From Felis catus (Eukaryota): DNA of 64,000 nucleotides. This document shows positions 63,799 to 64,000 of this stretch, in pieces (position 1 is the first letter of the stretch; the number at the start of each line of letters is the position of its first letter). A model generated the notes under the pieces. That model saw only the letters and a list, made by a program, of their open reading frames with translations, did no database searches and was not told the origin of the DNA. The stretch is from contig NC_058382.1 in the NCBI RefSeq assembly GCF_018350175.1, positions 60,886,001-60,950,000 on the forward strand. Reading direction: 5' to 3'. Both the position numbers and the translations under genes were made by a program.

Positions 63799-63995
63799 GG
63801 GGCGCCTGGGTGGCTGAGTCGGTTGAACATCCGACCTCGGCTCAGGTCATGATCTCATGGTTCGTGGGCTGGAGCTCCGCATCGGGCTCTGTGCTGACAG
63901 CTCGGAGCCCAGAGCCTGCTTCGGATTCTGTCTCCCTCTCTCTGCTCCTCCCCTGCTTGTTCCCTGTCTCTGTCTCTCAAAAACAAGTAAACGTT
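63799..63995 (+). mobile_element. Can-SINE (SINEC_Fc-like)
   Basis: ggggcgcctgggtggctgagtcggttgaacatccgacctcggctcagg; CT tract; tail. Confidence 0.92.
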
Positions 63996-64000
63996 GGGCG

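Overview
Mammalian, GC-rich, apparently non-coding DNA from a felid. It carries tRNA-derived Can-SINEs, including two young Felis-type copies. I found no credible protein-coding exon, RNA gene or CRISPR array; the ORF-track ORFs are what stop-poor GC-rich DNA produces by chance. The window looks like the far 5' (UTR/intronic) end of a minus-strand neuronal gene. Evidence: a CpG-island first exon with a donor at 40030, two further candidate minus-strand donors at 14312 and 4929, two near-consensus REST/RE1 silencers (8645-8665, 28193-28213) and several AT-rich POU/SOX/FOX/homeodomain motif islands. LINGO1 is an unverified guess from architecture only. An internal + strand housekeeping-type promoter (NRF1, CCAAT, E-box, GC box, ETS, donor) lies at about 16.4-16.56 kb. 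The rest is SINE, L1, L2, MIR, MLT1 and MER81 repeats; subfamily calls come from recalled consensus sequences and boundaries are approximate. The oddest items are an exact isolated 39-bp direct repeat 7.5 kb apart bracketing the internal promoter, and ancient L1s rewritten A/T to G/C in patches. I cannot support a claim of a new biological system.
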